Source: Octopus bimaculoides (Eukaryota). From it: a DNA stretch of 41,796 nucleotides. This document shows, one piece after another, positions 1-12,129 of this stretch (its first letter is position 1; the number at the start of each line of letters is the position of its first letter). Made by a program: the position numbers and the translations under genes. The stretch covers positions 32,549,960-32,591,755 of the forward strand of contig NC_068987.1 in the NCBI RefSeq assembly GCF_001194135.2, read 5' to 3'. A model generated the notes under the pieces. That model worked only from the letters and a program-made list of their open reading frames with translations. It was not told the origin of the DNA and did not search any database.

Positions 1-50
<50 letters not shown>
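1..50. repeat. (TA)n microsatellite
   Basis: Pure TA dinucleotide run. Confidence 0.98.
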
Positions 51-54
<4 letters not shown>

Positions 55-57
<3 letters not shown>

Positions 58-620
58 GCCAGAAATATGATTTCGAAATTTAACCAATAAGGTTTCGTTT
101 CTCCTCACAAGAATCCACAAATTACTCCGGGTTAACGAGATAACTTGCTTCCCATCAATTCACCATTTATTAACCTTTAATTAATATACAATATAAAGCC
201 GCTGTAAACATGAGGGATTCACGACATTATAACTTGTACTGTGTTAATATTTCTTTTTATTTTAGTTATTATTTACATAGAATAGTTGTTTTACATCACG
301 AAACTTACGGGAGTTTAACGAGCATAAAATGATTTTCTTTCAGAAAAGACAGTAAATATTAGCTACATACATCAGCATAGAACAAGATTGCAAACTGCCA
401 CCAAAGCAATAACATAATGCAAGAAACCAAAATCGGTAAAAAATTTGTGTTTTAGATAAACATAATAACGAACGAATAAAACATAAATAATATAAATAAT
501 TACAAATCAATTGTTGAATAATCCTGTTACATCATACTTGTATATTAACATAATAGTGTATGGATAAATCTGAAATTTAACAATATAGTATTCACAATAT
601 AGACATGAAAATTACAACTT
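55..620 (-). mobile_element. Decayed Penelope-like RT fragment
   Basis: Minus strand about 176-141 reads LINGELMGSKLS, resembling PLE RT motif B (QxxGxxMGSxLSP). Many stops; boundaries approximate. Confidence 0.4.
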
Positions 621-689
621 TTTATATAATCTAGAAAGGTAAGTTCGTTTTACTGATAAAGTCTTTTTTAGAGAAATGGCTATATATAT

Positions 690-1551
690 NNNNNNNNNNN
701 NNNNNNNNNNNNNNNNNNNNNNNNNNNNNNNNNNNNNNNNNNNNNNNNNNNNNNNNNNNNNNNNNNNNNNNNNNNNNNNNNNNNNNNNNNNNNNNNNNNN
801 NNNNNNNNNNNNNNNNNNNNNNNNNNNNNNNNNNNNNNNNNNNNNNNNNNNNNNNNNNNNNNNNNNNNNNNNNNNNNNNNNNNNNNNNNNNNNNNNNNNN
901 NNNNNNNNNNNNNNNNNNNNNNNNNNNNNNNNNNNNNNNNNNNNNNNNNNNNNNNNNNNNNNNNNNNNNNNNNNNNNNNNNNNNNNNNNNNNNNNNNNNN
1001 NNNNNNNNNNNNNNNNNNNNNNNNNNNNNNNNNNNNNNNNNNNNNNNNNNNNNNNNNNNNNNNNNNNNNNNNNNNNNNNNNNNNNNNNNNNNNNNNNNNN
1101 NNNNNNNNNNNNNNNNNNNNNNNNNNNNNNNNNNNNNNNNNNNNNNNNNNNNNNNNNNNNNNNNNNNNNNNNNNNNNNNNNNNNNNNNNNNNNNNNNNNN
1201 NNNNNNNNNNNNNNNNNNNNNNNNNNNNNNNNNNNNNNNNNNNNNNNNNNNNNNNNNNNNNNNNNNNNNNNNNNNNNNNNNNNNNNNNNNNNNNNNNNNN
1301 NNNNNNNNNNNNNNNNNNNNNNNNNNNNNNNNNNNNNNNNNNNNNNNNNNNNNNNNNNNNNNNNNNNNNNNNNNNNNNNNNNNNNNNNNNNNNNNNNNNN
1401 NNNNNNNNNNNNNNNNNNNNNNNNNNNNNNNNNNNNNNNNNNNNNNNNNNNNNNNNNNNNNNNNNNNNNNNNNNNNNNNNNNNNNNNNNNNNNNNNNNNN
1501 NNNNNNNNNNNNNNNNNNNNNNNNNNNNNNNNNNNNNNNNNNNNNNNNNNN
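690..1551. other. Assembly gap (N run)
   Basis: N run flanked by TA repeats. Other gaps: 4278-4299, 6118-6344, 13413-13422, 14011-14762, 15720-15729, 17487-17971, 23730-24587, 36672-36761, 41138-41237. Confidence 1.
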
Positions 1552-1648
1552 ATATATGTATATATATATATATATATACATACATATATATATACACATA
1601 TATAAACATATATACATACATATATATACATATATATATGTATATCTA

Positions 1649-1703
<55 letters not shown>

Positions 1704-1752
1704 CCGTATGTCTGTCTGTATGTATGTGTGTGTGCGTTTGTGCATGTGTATG
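1552..1752. repeat. Compound TA/TACA/CT/GT microsatellite
   Basis: Direct reading. Confidence 0.95.
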
Positions 1753-2099
1753 TATAATCGCACTGTGTACTTTAATGAATTAAGTGTCTAAATTGGTGGT
1801 CCTACATACTAGATACTAGATTAATGTGATTATTTCATGTACTATTGTACCTCAAGATAATGCATCATTAAGAGAAAAATCACTGGAAATATACGTTGAA
1901 TAGGATATTATTATTATTTTTATGTAAACATTTTTCATGTAAAATTTAATATTATCTGTTAGAATGTTTCCATGTAAATTTAAGCATTCGCTGTTAGATG
2001 CAAGTAAACAAAGACAGGTAAACAATTAGTGGTTGTATTTTAATCAACAGAGTAGACACACTATTGGTGAAGAATGTAGTATTTTAATGTCTTGTATGT

Positions 2100-4130
2100 A
2101 CTTACATGACACAATCCGTGATTCAAGTTTCTTTAGCTATGAAAGTCTCATAGCTTTCATTGTATATAACATACAGTTTAGGATTACCTATCTATAACTT
2201 AGTCGAGTAAAAATATTTTATTTTAAAGAGTAAAGGACAACGCTATCTATTCACTTCTCCATATAAGCGGTAAGTGAGTTTTGATTTCTTTTATTATGAT
2301 TTGTATACGAATCTATGTGGAAATTATAATCTAACTGAAACCTATTTGAAGTTGAAAGATTATCCATTCCCATGGCATCATTTTAAGGTTTTATTGATAA
2401 TAGGTACCCTATGTATTTAGTTAAGCATTTACCAGTATTGATATAGTCACAGAAGTTAGTGGCTTGATTGGTTATACATTTATTTAATTTTTGGACATTT
2501 TACGAGGCAAAGTTTAAAGCGAAGATAGAACAAGATACGGGGTGTAATGTAATATTAAAAGTGAATTTAAACCAGATTATACTCAATTATTTTCCTTTGT
2601 GGAAATTTCAGCAAAGTTACTAAGGTAAGTGATTGTAACTTCAGATCCACTTCTAGCTAAAGTTAAATTAAAGTATAGTCAAACATTAATTAGGAATAGT
2701 TGATAAGTATAACTTTCTTCAAGCTTCATAGGTATATCGCGTATTAATTTCTTAATGACACTTTAGGGTACTTGCGTATATCATATTCATAAATTTCGTA
2801 ATACGGATGGAACCATGAATTATTACACTGTGTAATCAGACTTTTGTCTTTGAGTAACAGCTTTTATTTCTTGTTTGCTAACCCCAAGAGAGTATGAAAA
2901 ATATAATATTTCTTTCAAACTTTCCTTTTGTTACATTCATTCAAACTTCAAAGAGCCCCTCTCAGCACAAAGCTATGATGTTTCCCCTATACTCCTATTC
3001 ATAATCAGAGACGCACATATTGTCAGTTACTGAGTGATATACTCAAGTGGTTATGGTCAAGCAAATGACAAGCAAATCTGTAGTATTGAGCAGAATATTT
3101 ACTGTAACAATATTTCTGCTTCAGCTTGTCTGTCTTTACGTTCTGAGTTCAAATTCCGCCGAACTCGTCTTTGCTTTTCATCGGTTCGGGGTCGATAAAT
3201 AAAATATCAGTTGCGTATTGTAGTCGATCTAATCGACTGGTCCACACCCCCAAAATTTCGGGCCTTGTGCCTAAAGTAGAAAAGAATATTTCTGCTTCAG
3301 CAACTCAGCACTGAATCTGTCTGAAATGTAATGGAAAATAAGTCAGTTTCATAACAGTGATGTCCAGGACACAAAAGCAAAGTTTGAAGGTAATAGCTGT
3401 CATTTCCTTTGATTTCTAGAGATAAGCAAATAAGAAATAAAACTTACTGACCATATACAAAAAAATAAAAGTAAATAAATTTTTTTTTATTTGTTACACA
3501 GTTCTGTGATTAAGATTACGTGGTTGCTAATTTTAGGTAGATGTGCCTCTACTGTAATATTGAAGGCTTTTATTTTATTTGCAACATATAGGCTAGTTCT
3601 GAAAAAAATTCAATGATTTGTGAGATGCAAGAATTTAAAATTAGTAATCTTTTGTAGAGTGATAAACTTTTAGAGATTGCAACCGAGAATATAAGCTCAC
3701 ACTGATTTAGCTGGGCTGCCAATGGTTTTAATTTGTCGGTAGTGCACTGATACAGGCAAACAGTTCTAGGGGCAGAGATGAGAGCTGGATATGAGGCTAG
3801 TGATAGTAGTAACCTCATTATTAACCCTAATCCCCGAAATCTATTTTCTCCTCCCACTACGTTCTATCTAATAACCTCCAACTCATCTTTCTAATACACT
3901 TAGTTCTCCAGAAAACATTCCATCTTTAAACGCCATTCTGTCAACACCTCAAATGTAAAGTTTTTCCGTGAAGACGGAGGTTCGTGTTATCCGATGTTGG
4001 AATCAACTAACAATTATTATTTTGGATCGCTAAGCCCCTAGAAACAGCTGTTGGATACCTAAAACTCATACTCAACCCCTTTAATTCCGGATATCCCTTA
4101 TATTCTGTATAAGTCGGACCTTTTTATATG
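2100..4130 (-). mobile_element. Decayed Penelope-like element (RT, linker, GIY-YIG), interrupted by a SINE
   Basis: Minus-strand pieces in the expected order: YKGYPELKG..YPTAVS (HK..PLRPIVS..PT-like, about 4130-4040); NFTFEVLT (motif A-like); RGLGLIMR..ASYPALI (motif B-like); NSWFHPYY (WFNPPY-like, about 2820); EVTITYLSNF; GKCLTKYIGY, SLTAYMEK and YSLK*NIFTRLSY (GIY-YIG module, about 2450-2150). Confidence 0.55.
3126..3284 (+). mobile_element. 5'-truncated tRNA-derived SINE with 17-bp target-site duplication
   Basis: B-box GTTCAAATTCC (3147-3157) and central TTTCATCGGTTCGGGGTCGATAAA motif. Identical flanks AATATTTCTGCTTCAGC at 3109-3125 and 3285-3301. Confidence 0.9.
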
Positions 4131-4227
4131 CATATATATGTACATTTTTTGTATTAAGTATATCCAATATTTTTTCATATCGACTTCTTTCCTAACTTGC
4201 TTCTTCTTACATTTACATTTATATATA

Positions 4228-4277
<50 letters not shown>

Positions 4278-4331
4278 NNNNNNNNNNNNNNNNNNNNNNC
4301 TTGCTTCTTCTTACATTTACATTTATATATA

Positions 4332-4374
<43 letters not shown>

Positions 4375-5103
4375 TTGGAAGTTGAATTTTCAAAGAAAAA
4401 TAAATTAAGATGAATACAGAGAAAGAACCTACATATAGGTTTCAGTTGTACCATCTAGTGGATGGGAATCTCCAAGCATATTGTTTAACGTCAAGAAGTT
4501 GCCACATTCAAGCTATATTGTAGTAGGACTTCATCAGGGTTCAAAAAGAGGTAACGCAACTGTCTTTTGAGAGAAATATATAGTATTAGTAGGTTAAAAA
4601 TTAAAAACTATATACTGAGATCTTCTTTGATTGGTAGGTTTTGAATATTTGTGAATGTACTATATACCATATATTATAATTAGGAAACATGTAGATAAGT
4701 AAATAAATAGAAAAATAAATAAAAAGAGGAATAAAGTATGCAAATATAATAAATATAACAAAATAAAACAAACGATAGAACACCAAAACAAAAATAAATT
4801 GAAATAAAATAAAAATAAAAAAATTAATATAAAATTAGAATACAATAAATTAAATATAAGAAAAAACTAAAATCTATGGATTATTATTATCGGTTTAGTG
4901 AGAGATACATACATGACATGATCATGATAGAAGATGGATCGAAGTTTGAAAAATTACTTATTGAACGTTATTGATTAGAGTATGTAAATGCATATTTAAA
5001 TGCAGATTCAGGATTAAAGAAATCGGACGTTAGGACAAGAGGTGTCGAATACATAGTGGCTCAATGTGTCTTAATTCAACACACAGGCACACACACACAC
5101 ACA

Positions 5104-5144
<41 letters not shown>

Positions 5145-6049
5145 GCTTGGTAGTTATTGAGTTTCCAACATATATTGATGTAATGAATTATATATATACT
5201 GTGCTTGAAATAGTTGAAACAGAAGAGTAGATTAAATACGTCAGCAACATATATTTATCCCGGTATATTCTGAGTACAACTTTTACCAAATTTAATTTTA
5301 TCACTCGAAGGGCCTCGATGAAATAAGTTACGTTTCAATTTTTTAACGATCTGTGTGCTGATTTTTACCTAACTTGCCATGTGTTTATTTCCATTTCGTG
5401 CCATCTTGCAATATTAATGTATTGCTGACAGTTGCATCTGCTTTGCCATTAATTCAACACTTACTATCGTGTTAGTTTCAATTTATGTTGAATAAATGCT
5501 ATTCAAATTAAATTGTACGTTGTTACAAAGCTGTGATCAAAGTTAGTTCCCACCTTAGTTTGCCAAACCGGCAGTATTTCGATTTCTCTCAGGTAATCTG
5601 ATTATTTGTATAATTGAATTTTTCTTTCCTATTAGCCTCTCTCACCGTTTTATTTTTTAAACGTTTACCGACGCTCCTTTTTCGTTTTTTATCGTTCAAT
5701 TTTTACACCCGTTAGTCTGAGTATCCTGCCTTTTTAGATAATGCATGCAGGCTGTCTGTATTGATGTGTATAGTCTATTTACACTGCTATATATTAGTAT
5801 TCTTCAATTACAATGTGCACTATATATCCTCTACTCTATTCAGTCTATATGTGTAACTGTACAGAGTCTAAGCACAATGTTGCGTACAATCTATCAACCT
5901 TGTTGTGTACATTTTATCTATAGTTGTATGCGTAGTATATCTAAACTAATCTATGCACTATACCTACACTACTGTGTTGAATATACACACGCAGTTATTA
6001 CACAGTTCTATATGTACGACTAAATACAGTGCCCGTGTGCTGTATTTAT

Positions 6050-6088
6050 TCCCCAAAATTTTGGACCTTGTGTGTAAAGTAGAAAAGA
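6050..6088 (+). mobile_element. SINE 3' end fragment
   Basis: CCCCAAAATTTTGGACCTTGTGTGTAAAGTAGAAAAG closely matches the 3' end of the SINE at about 3249-3284. Confidence 0.7.
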
Positions 6089-6344
6089 TCATATATATAT
6101 ATATATATATATATATANNNNNNNNNNNNNNNNNNNNNNNNNNNNNNNNNNNNNNNNNNNNNNNNNNNNNNNNNNNNNNNNNNNNNNNNNNNNNNNNNNN
6201 NNNNNNNNNNNNNNNNNNNNNNNNNNNNNNNNNNNNNNNNNNNNNNNNNNNNNNNNNNNNNNNNNNNNNNNNNNNNNNNNNNNNNNNNNNNNNNNNNNNN
6301 NNNNNNNNNNNNNNNNNNNNNNNNNNNNNNNNNNNNNNNNNNNN

Positions 6345-6401
6345 TGAACTGGCAGAATCATTAGTGCGCTGGACGAAATGTTTAGTGGTATTTAAATTGT
6401 T
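6345..6401 (+). mobile_element. SINE tRNA-like 5' head fragment
   Basis: A-box-like TGGCAGAATCATTAG; homologous to the minus-strand heads at about 36350-36397 and 41337-41379. Confidence 0.75.
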
Positions 6402-6744
6402 AATTTGCAAATATTACACTAATGTTTTTTCCTGCATAACTACATTTCATCAAAAAATTCCTTACAAAATTGAATGGTTGGAACATGAGATAATTCATTT
6501 TGTATTCTAAATATAACTCAAAGACGAGAAAAGTAAAGAAAGAGGGTACAAAGAAGGAAAAAAGGGGAAGAGAGAAAGAAACCAAAATGATTTTTGGTGA
6601 TGACCAAACCGCACTTGTTTTTTTTTTTGAAGAGGTCTCCATCCTTAAACCCATTCCAATACAATGGTAAAGGACTAAATGAATAAATAAATAAATGAAT
6701 GCTGAATAAGAAGGGAGATATCACTTCTCTCTCTCCCTCTACCT

Positions 6745-6777
6745 ACCTGTCTATCTGTCTGTCTGATTGCCTGTCTG

Positions 6778-6821
<44 letters not shown>

Positions 6822-6879
6822 ACTATCTACCTGCCTGTCTACCTGTCTGTCTACCTGTCTGTCTACCTGTCTGTCTGTT

Positions 6880-6959
<80 letters not shown>

Positions 6960-6985
6960 AGCCTATCTACCTATCTATATTTCTA
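6745..6985. repeat. Compound (TCTA)n/(CTGT)n/(CT)n microsatellite
   Basis: Direct reading. Confidence 0.95.
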
Positions 6986-7149
6986 TCTATCCATCTCCAG
7001 TGTCATGCAACCTTACTTAAAAAACAACAAAAAAAAAATCTTCTAAATAAAACCGCCCCAAAACTTGTTTTATATAAATGAGCAAGCTGTTTGTGCATTC
7101 ACAAGATTTCATTTGACAAGTTCGAAAAAGGAACGAAAGCGCTAATAAT

Positions 7150-8400
7150 AATGAAGAAATAAAAAGATTTTTTCCCAAAATTCCAACGACATTTCTTTCT
7201 CAATATATATATATACGATTACGGGTAGATGTAGAATGTGCATAAAAGAATCCGACACGATCCTTCGCCTATACAATTCTAACATATTAAATAAGTTTTC
7301 CAACACTATTTGTGTAATCACAGATACTACTATAATCTCATGAGATTCTATAAGTCCGAATGTACTCAATAATTAGCCTCAGTAATTTCAGTCGCACAAC
7401 TTAATATCTTATTACCTATAACAATATATTACTCTGTAAGTAACGTAGTTTTTACTCCCATCAGCTCTCATAAAGACCTATATTATTTGCATACATATAC
7501 CTGTTCTTCTATATAAGCGATTGCATCCTACCTTGTCAATGCACTAATTTCGTATCTACCGTGAATATCATTTTTCTCCCTCGCGAAGGAGGGGTTCTCC
7601 GAAAATGGATTTCAAGATTCATTATTTTACGCAGAAGAATGAACCCGGAAAACAGCTGTTGGAATATTATCATCAAGAATTGTAATCCGAAACCTTATTA
7701 GACGCCTATTATTAAGTTTTCACTATCTTTTCGAATTTCTAATACTCATTCTTTTTTATATTCTTATCATGTGCTATATTATCACTATATTTCAACACTC
7801 ATATTTATATATTTATATATCTATATATATTTTTAATATTCCTATATTTGTCTATGTTCGATATATTTGGACGAATTTATCTTGATCAAATCCGCACATA
7901 TATATGTTGATAGTGGTTTGTCTAATCTGAATTTTTTCCTTTTATTTTTTATACCTGTCTAACTTTTCAAGTTCGACGACTTAAGCAATCAATATATTTT
8001 GTAAGAAAAGAAAATATATATAAGAAATAATTAAGATTTATATATAAAATGATGTATATATATATCTGTTGATTCACCAAATGCGATAAATTACAAGACC
8101 TAATACAAATGTTTTCTCTAATACATTATAGCCAATAAACTCCGATTTCCAGTACTCAGAGTTAGCCGTTTCCGATCATCAGCCGGTAAATTGAGCATAG
8201 TTTTCTTTAGAAATACCAGTGTTTGAATAGAGTTCTTGCAATACGAAAGGAAAATTTCAATAAAACTCTTATCCTTTTGTTCTTCTGCTTGAAAACCCTT
8301 GTGACCAACACGTACGAACACAGCTGCTGCAAGCTCGGGCCTTTTCTCTTCTAGTTCTGGCTGTTTTAAGCAATATTCAAAAATATCTCTTTTTAATAAT
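7150..8400 (-). mobile_element. Decayed Penelope-like element: N-terminal region and RT
   Basis: NLPADDRKRLTLSTGNRSLLAI resembles the PLE pre-RT motif NLTxEExxALxxLxxNxxIVI. Then ILDDNIPTAV, TPPSRGRKMIFTVDT (homologous to the copy near 4000), AIAYIEE and a motif B-like YIVIGNKI..NLM, with multiple stops and frameshifts. Confidence 0.55.
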
Positions 8401-8956
8401 AATTTTTATTAATGATTTAAATATAATGGTTGTGTACGTGGGTGTTGATTTTGCAAGCACCTGTGTCGACGCATACATATACATATATGCACACTCATAC
8501 ACACTCAAACATAGAATTTTATATTTATAGATACAAAGACACTTATGAATATGTACATATACACATATCAACACACACCACGCATATTAGACCACATTAA
8601 TAAGACCTATATATACATATAACTATATAGTTCTCTCTCTCTCTCTCTCTCTTGGTACATATGAATATATACATGTGTGTGTATGCATGTATGTATACAC
8701 AATTAATTAATAGTGACAGAAGCAGTTTTAACACCAAAGGCAAACTTTTATGCCCAACTTAACGTAGATGCTTTGTTATATCACCGAATTCTGCATTACT
8801 TACCTTGAGAGGACCTCTAATATGCACGCATGGTTCATAAAAAGTACTCATATTTATATCATTTACTGCAAGAATCGTCTGCTATATATATATATATATA
8901 TATATAAAGAATAAGAAGAAAATGAAGAGGTAATTAATGAAATATTATTTATAAAT

Positions 8957-9045
8957 TATCTCTGACAGCTGTTTCGATTCAGTAAGTTTTAGATAATTAT
9001 TTTATAAGATTCAAATTATCATAATATGAATCTCTTCAAAGGTAG
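8957..9045 (-). ncRNA. Degenerate minimal type I hammerhead ribozyme motif
   Basis: Minus strand: TTGAAGA - GATTCA ... TGAATC - GAAAC AGCT GTC AGAG. Perfect 6-bp stem II and palindromic stem III; core has C3>U and stem I is weak. Confidence 0.5.
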
Positions 9046-10834
9046 TAAAGATATACCAGTTAGAAATACATGTCGAGATAACGGCTGTAAACCGTTAACT
9101 GAAAGCATATATGCAAAAAGAGCTGCTTATAGAAGGCATGAATCCAACATAGGGAGAGAAGGTAATGTATATTTCTATGTTTTAAAGTAAGAGAAGAAGA
9201 GATTAATATAATATCATAGGGTATTGAGGAGAAAAAGAAAACGAAAAAGAAGAAAAAGCACGTATGTATAAATAATAATGCTATATAATATCATACCTAT
9301 ATTACTGCAACTCAAAAACATTTAGTTTTTAAAACTAAATCAAGTAGAAGCAAACCGTGTCAATTATATATTAACCGAACTTATCAGAAAGGGAGAAATA
9401 ATTTCTAATTATAATAAGAACTTATTGCTTCGGTTCATAATAATAATGAAATAAAATTTACTGTAAATAAATAAAAAGAAAGTCTACAACGAGATGGAAA
9501 GAGAAAATATCAGCATACATAATATATCTTTACACTCCTCACGAAAATTTATTTCAAGCTTTTATGGTAAAAACCACAATAATAGACTATTGGATAGGAG
9601 AGAACTTTCAAATTTCAGACATACAGCATTCCCTTAGAGAGATACCCGAAGTAAATATGCTATGAGGCAAGTATAAGGGAATAAAAGATTTTAAAAGAAA
9701 ATAAACATTATGTAAGTGGAAATACATATATATAAATAACTTGAAAATAAAATAAAATAAATGACTCTGAATTACGTAAAATGTAGGGGAAAATATAAAT
9801 AAAGACAGCAAAGCCGGAACAAATTTAAAAAGGGGGCATATCTGAAAATGTAATAGGAGGTAATGATAATATATTTGTGTATTTAAGCAGTGAATTAGGA
9901 ATCAGCTTAATATATCATTAGTGTGGCACATTGTAGAACAAAATATAATATAGTATAGTATAAAATATAAATAAATAACTAAACTCAATCGAGGATAAAT
10001 AAAGAAGTTAATGATATATCAGGATTAAGAGAGAGATGTACCTACGTGTGTACGAGGAGTCCAACGCTTATAATTGGGGGAGGAAAGAAATAGGCATAAA
10101 AATAACTATATAGTTCGTATATAAGTCAAAGTATTATCTACTAGTTATTACATACGAAATAGTAAGACTAACTGAGAATTATACGTCAGAAATAACACAA
10201 TGAAGCCAATTCATAAAATCCGTCATTCTTTTTTTTATATATATCATAGAACACTGTACAAAACAGTTAAGGTGAAGTAATATGAGATTAACCAAAAGTT
10301 CTAAATTATCATAGGGTAACTGGAGTATATGAATTTAATTAGGTAGATCAACTTACATGCAAAGTGTAATTTTATAGAAAGATTATAAAAAGATGAAAGA
10401 ATAAGTTAAATAAATAAAATAAAAGAGTTAACCTTAAACCTAATAAAGATTAAATATGCTATTGATAGGATGTGCTAATAATACATTACAAAGATAAATG
10501 CATGATATAGTATAGTATATATAAGAAAACATTTTGTTAAAAAAATATCATTATCAATACAGATTCAGATAAGATATAAATAAAGAATTAAACAGGTTTA
10601 AACCAAAGAGTATTTTACATAATGTATGTGGAATGAAGAATATATTTCAGGTGAATAAGCACGTTAAGTAATATTAATAATATCCATACACAAAGTAGGG
10701 GCCGAATAAAATGGGTTGATTATAACGAGGAGTTTAATGTAGTATAGGGGAAAAGATTAAATATATAGTCAAATTGGTTAGATATGAATGCAAATGCAAA
10801 GAATAAAATAAGTAAATAAGTAAGTAACATTATA

Positions 10835-11280
10835 TCAGTATTTTAAGAATACAAATCTAGTCCTATATATGCCAGAGGTATTGCGTTCATCTCTAACGTT
10901 AAGAATAGGGCATTTTGCAGGGAGAATGAACATTTTTTCATTTAAGCATAAGTGACATTTACTCTTATTTATTTGATAAGAGGATGCCGAGGCTAGTATT
11001 TCCCATTTTAAATCATACTGTATAATCTTATCTTTTAGCTCCCAAAATAAATTCACCATTGGAACCAGATCTACATCTATTTCTGAAAGAAGAGATGTGA
11101 GATGCCAAACGTTTCTTAATTTCATTCTGTATCGAACATATATAGCAACTCTTCATTCCCTGTGCCCTTACTGTACATTGATATACTACGCTTTTACGCT
11201 TACAAGCGTTTCTAAGTAAGCAGTTACTTTTAATTCTACAATATACATAAATATATGAACCACAGTTCATATAGTTACTT
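10835..11280 (-). mobile_element. Penelope-like GIY-YIG endonuclease module (frameshifted pseudogene)
   Basis: CRIKSNCLLRNAC..SVVYQCTV..SCYICS..KKRLASHISSFRN, then FWELKDKIIQYDLKWEILASASSYQINKSKCHLCLNEKMFIL, typical of Neptune/Nematis-type PLE endonuclease. Confidence 0.85.
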
Positions 11281-12129
11281 AATAGTTGAACTTTGTATGG
11301 ATCGGTAACTAAGCAGTATTTTCATTGGATTTTATTATCCTTTAATAAGGTCTATAGCCTTTATTTGAATATATATATATGCCTGTAAGTAAGTATATAT
11401 GTAAGAATACATACATACATGTACTTTGAAACTTTTTGTTTGTTTCCAGTTAGAGTAAAAGTCCGACACGTGTTTCGATCGCACCAATCGCATATTGTTA
11501 CATATTCCTACAGCGATTTATGCATTTATTTAATATCGTTTGAAGAGGAATTTTCCTCTTCAATTAGTTTGAATTAGATTTGATAGCAGTAGTAACCACT
11601 GAACATTCCTCAATGAGATGTTTTCCTCGACTGTTGTTTGGGTGAAAGTCAATAGCATCAGCAGCTGTCATTATTGAGGTGAATCGGTTTTCCTGGTTAG
11701 GAAGGAGTAGTTATTTATAAAATACTTATTCTTTTAATGGTACTACATACTTTATAGTTACAAGGCATATAGATATAATTCAGCGTTGATTGTATTATTT
11801 GAATTTTGTGAAGGTTATTAATAGTAGTAGTGGATAATTGTTAATCAGTAAGAACTTCGTAGTTATTAAGAAAGAGAAAAAGAAATAGTTGCATTTTCAA
11901 TTCTTCTAACTTATTACTTTTTACTTATATGTTTAAAATTGTTTTTAAGTTAAATTATATATAATACAGTCCTATAAATCGAATTTAGTTCTTATATTCT
12001 TAATACGCGTCTTAATAATATAGTTATTATAGTTAGGTTTAGAAAGAAGGTTTATAGATATTATATAAATTAATACATTCTATTGTTTAAATAATAATTA
12101 AAAAAAACATTGTTTGTGCAAGCAAATAA

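Noticed and set aside
2612-2624. 13-nt plus-strand micro-exon candidate (TTTCAG..AAG/GTAAGT)
   Set aside because: Lies antisense within a PLE linker remnant and has no partner exons.
3985-4060. Plus-strand GAAAC-AGCT-GTT-GGATA (also near 7652) resembling a hammerhead 3' half
   Set aside because: No intact CTGANGA upstream; both copies are the antisense of the PLE RT codons for PTAV.
6345-6401. tRNA gene calls for the A-box/B-box motifs
   Set aside because: These are SINE heads that cannot form a full cloverleaf.
8160-8190. Minus-strand CTGATGA-TCG-GAAAC hammerhead-like match
   Set aside because: Only 3 nt for stem II, no stem I or III, and it lies inside the coding frame PADDRKR.
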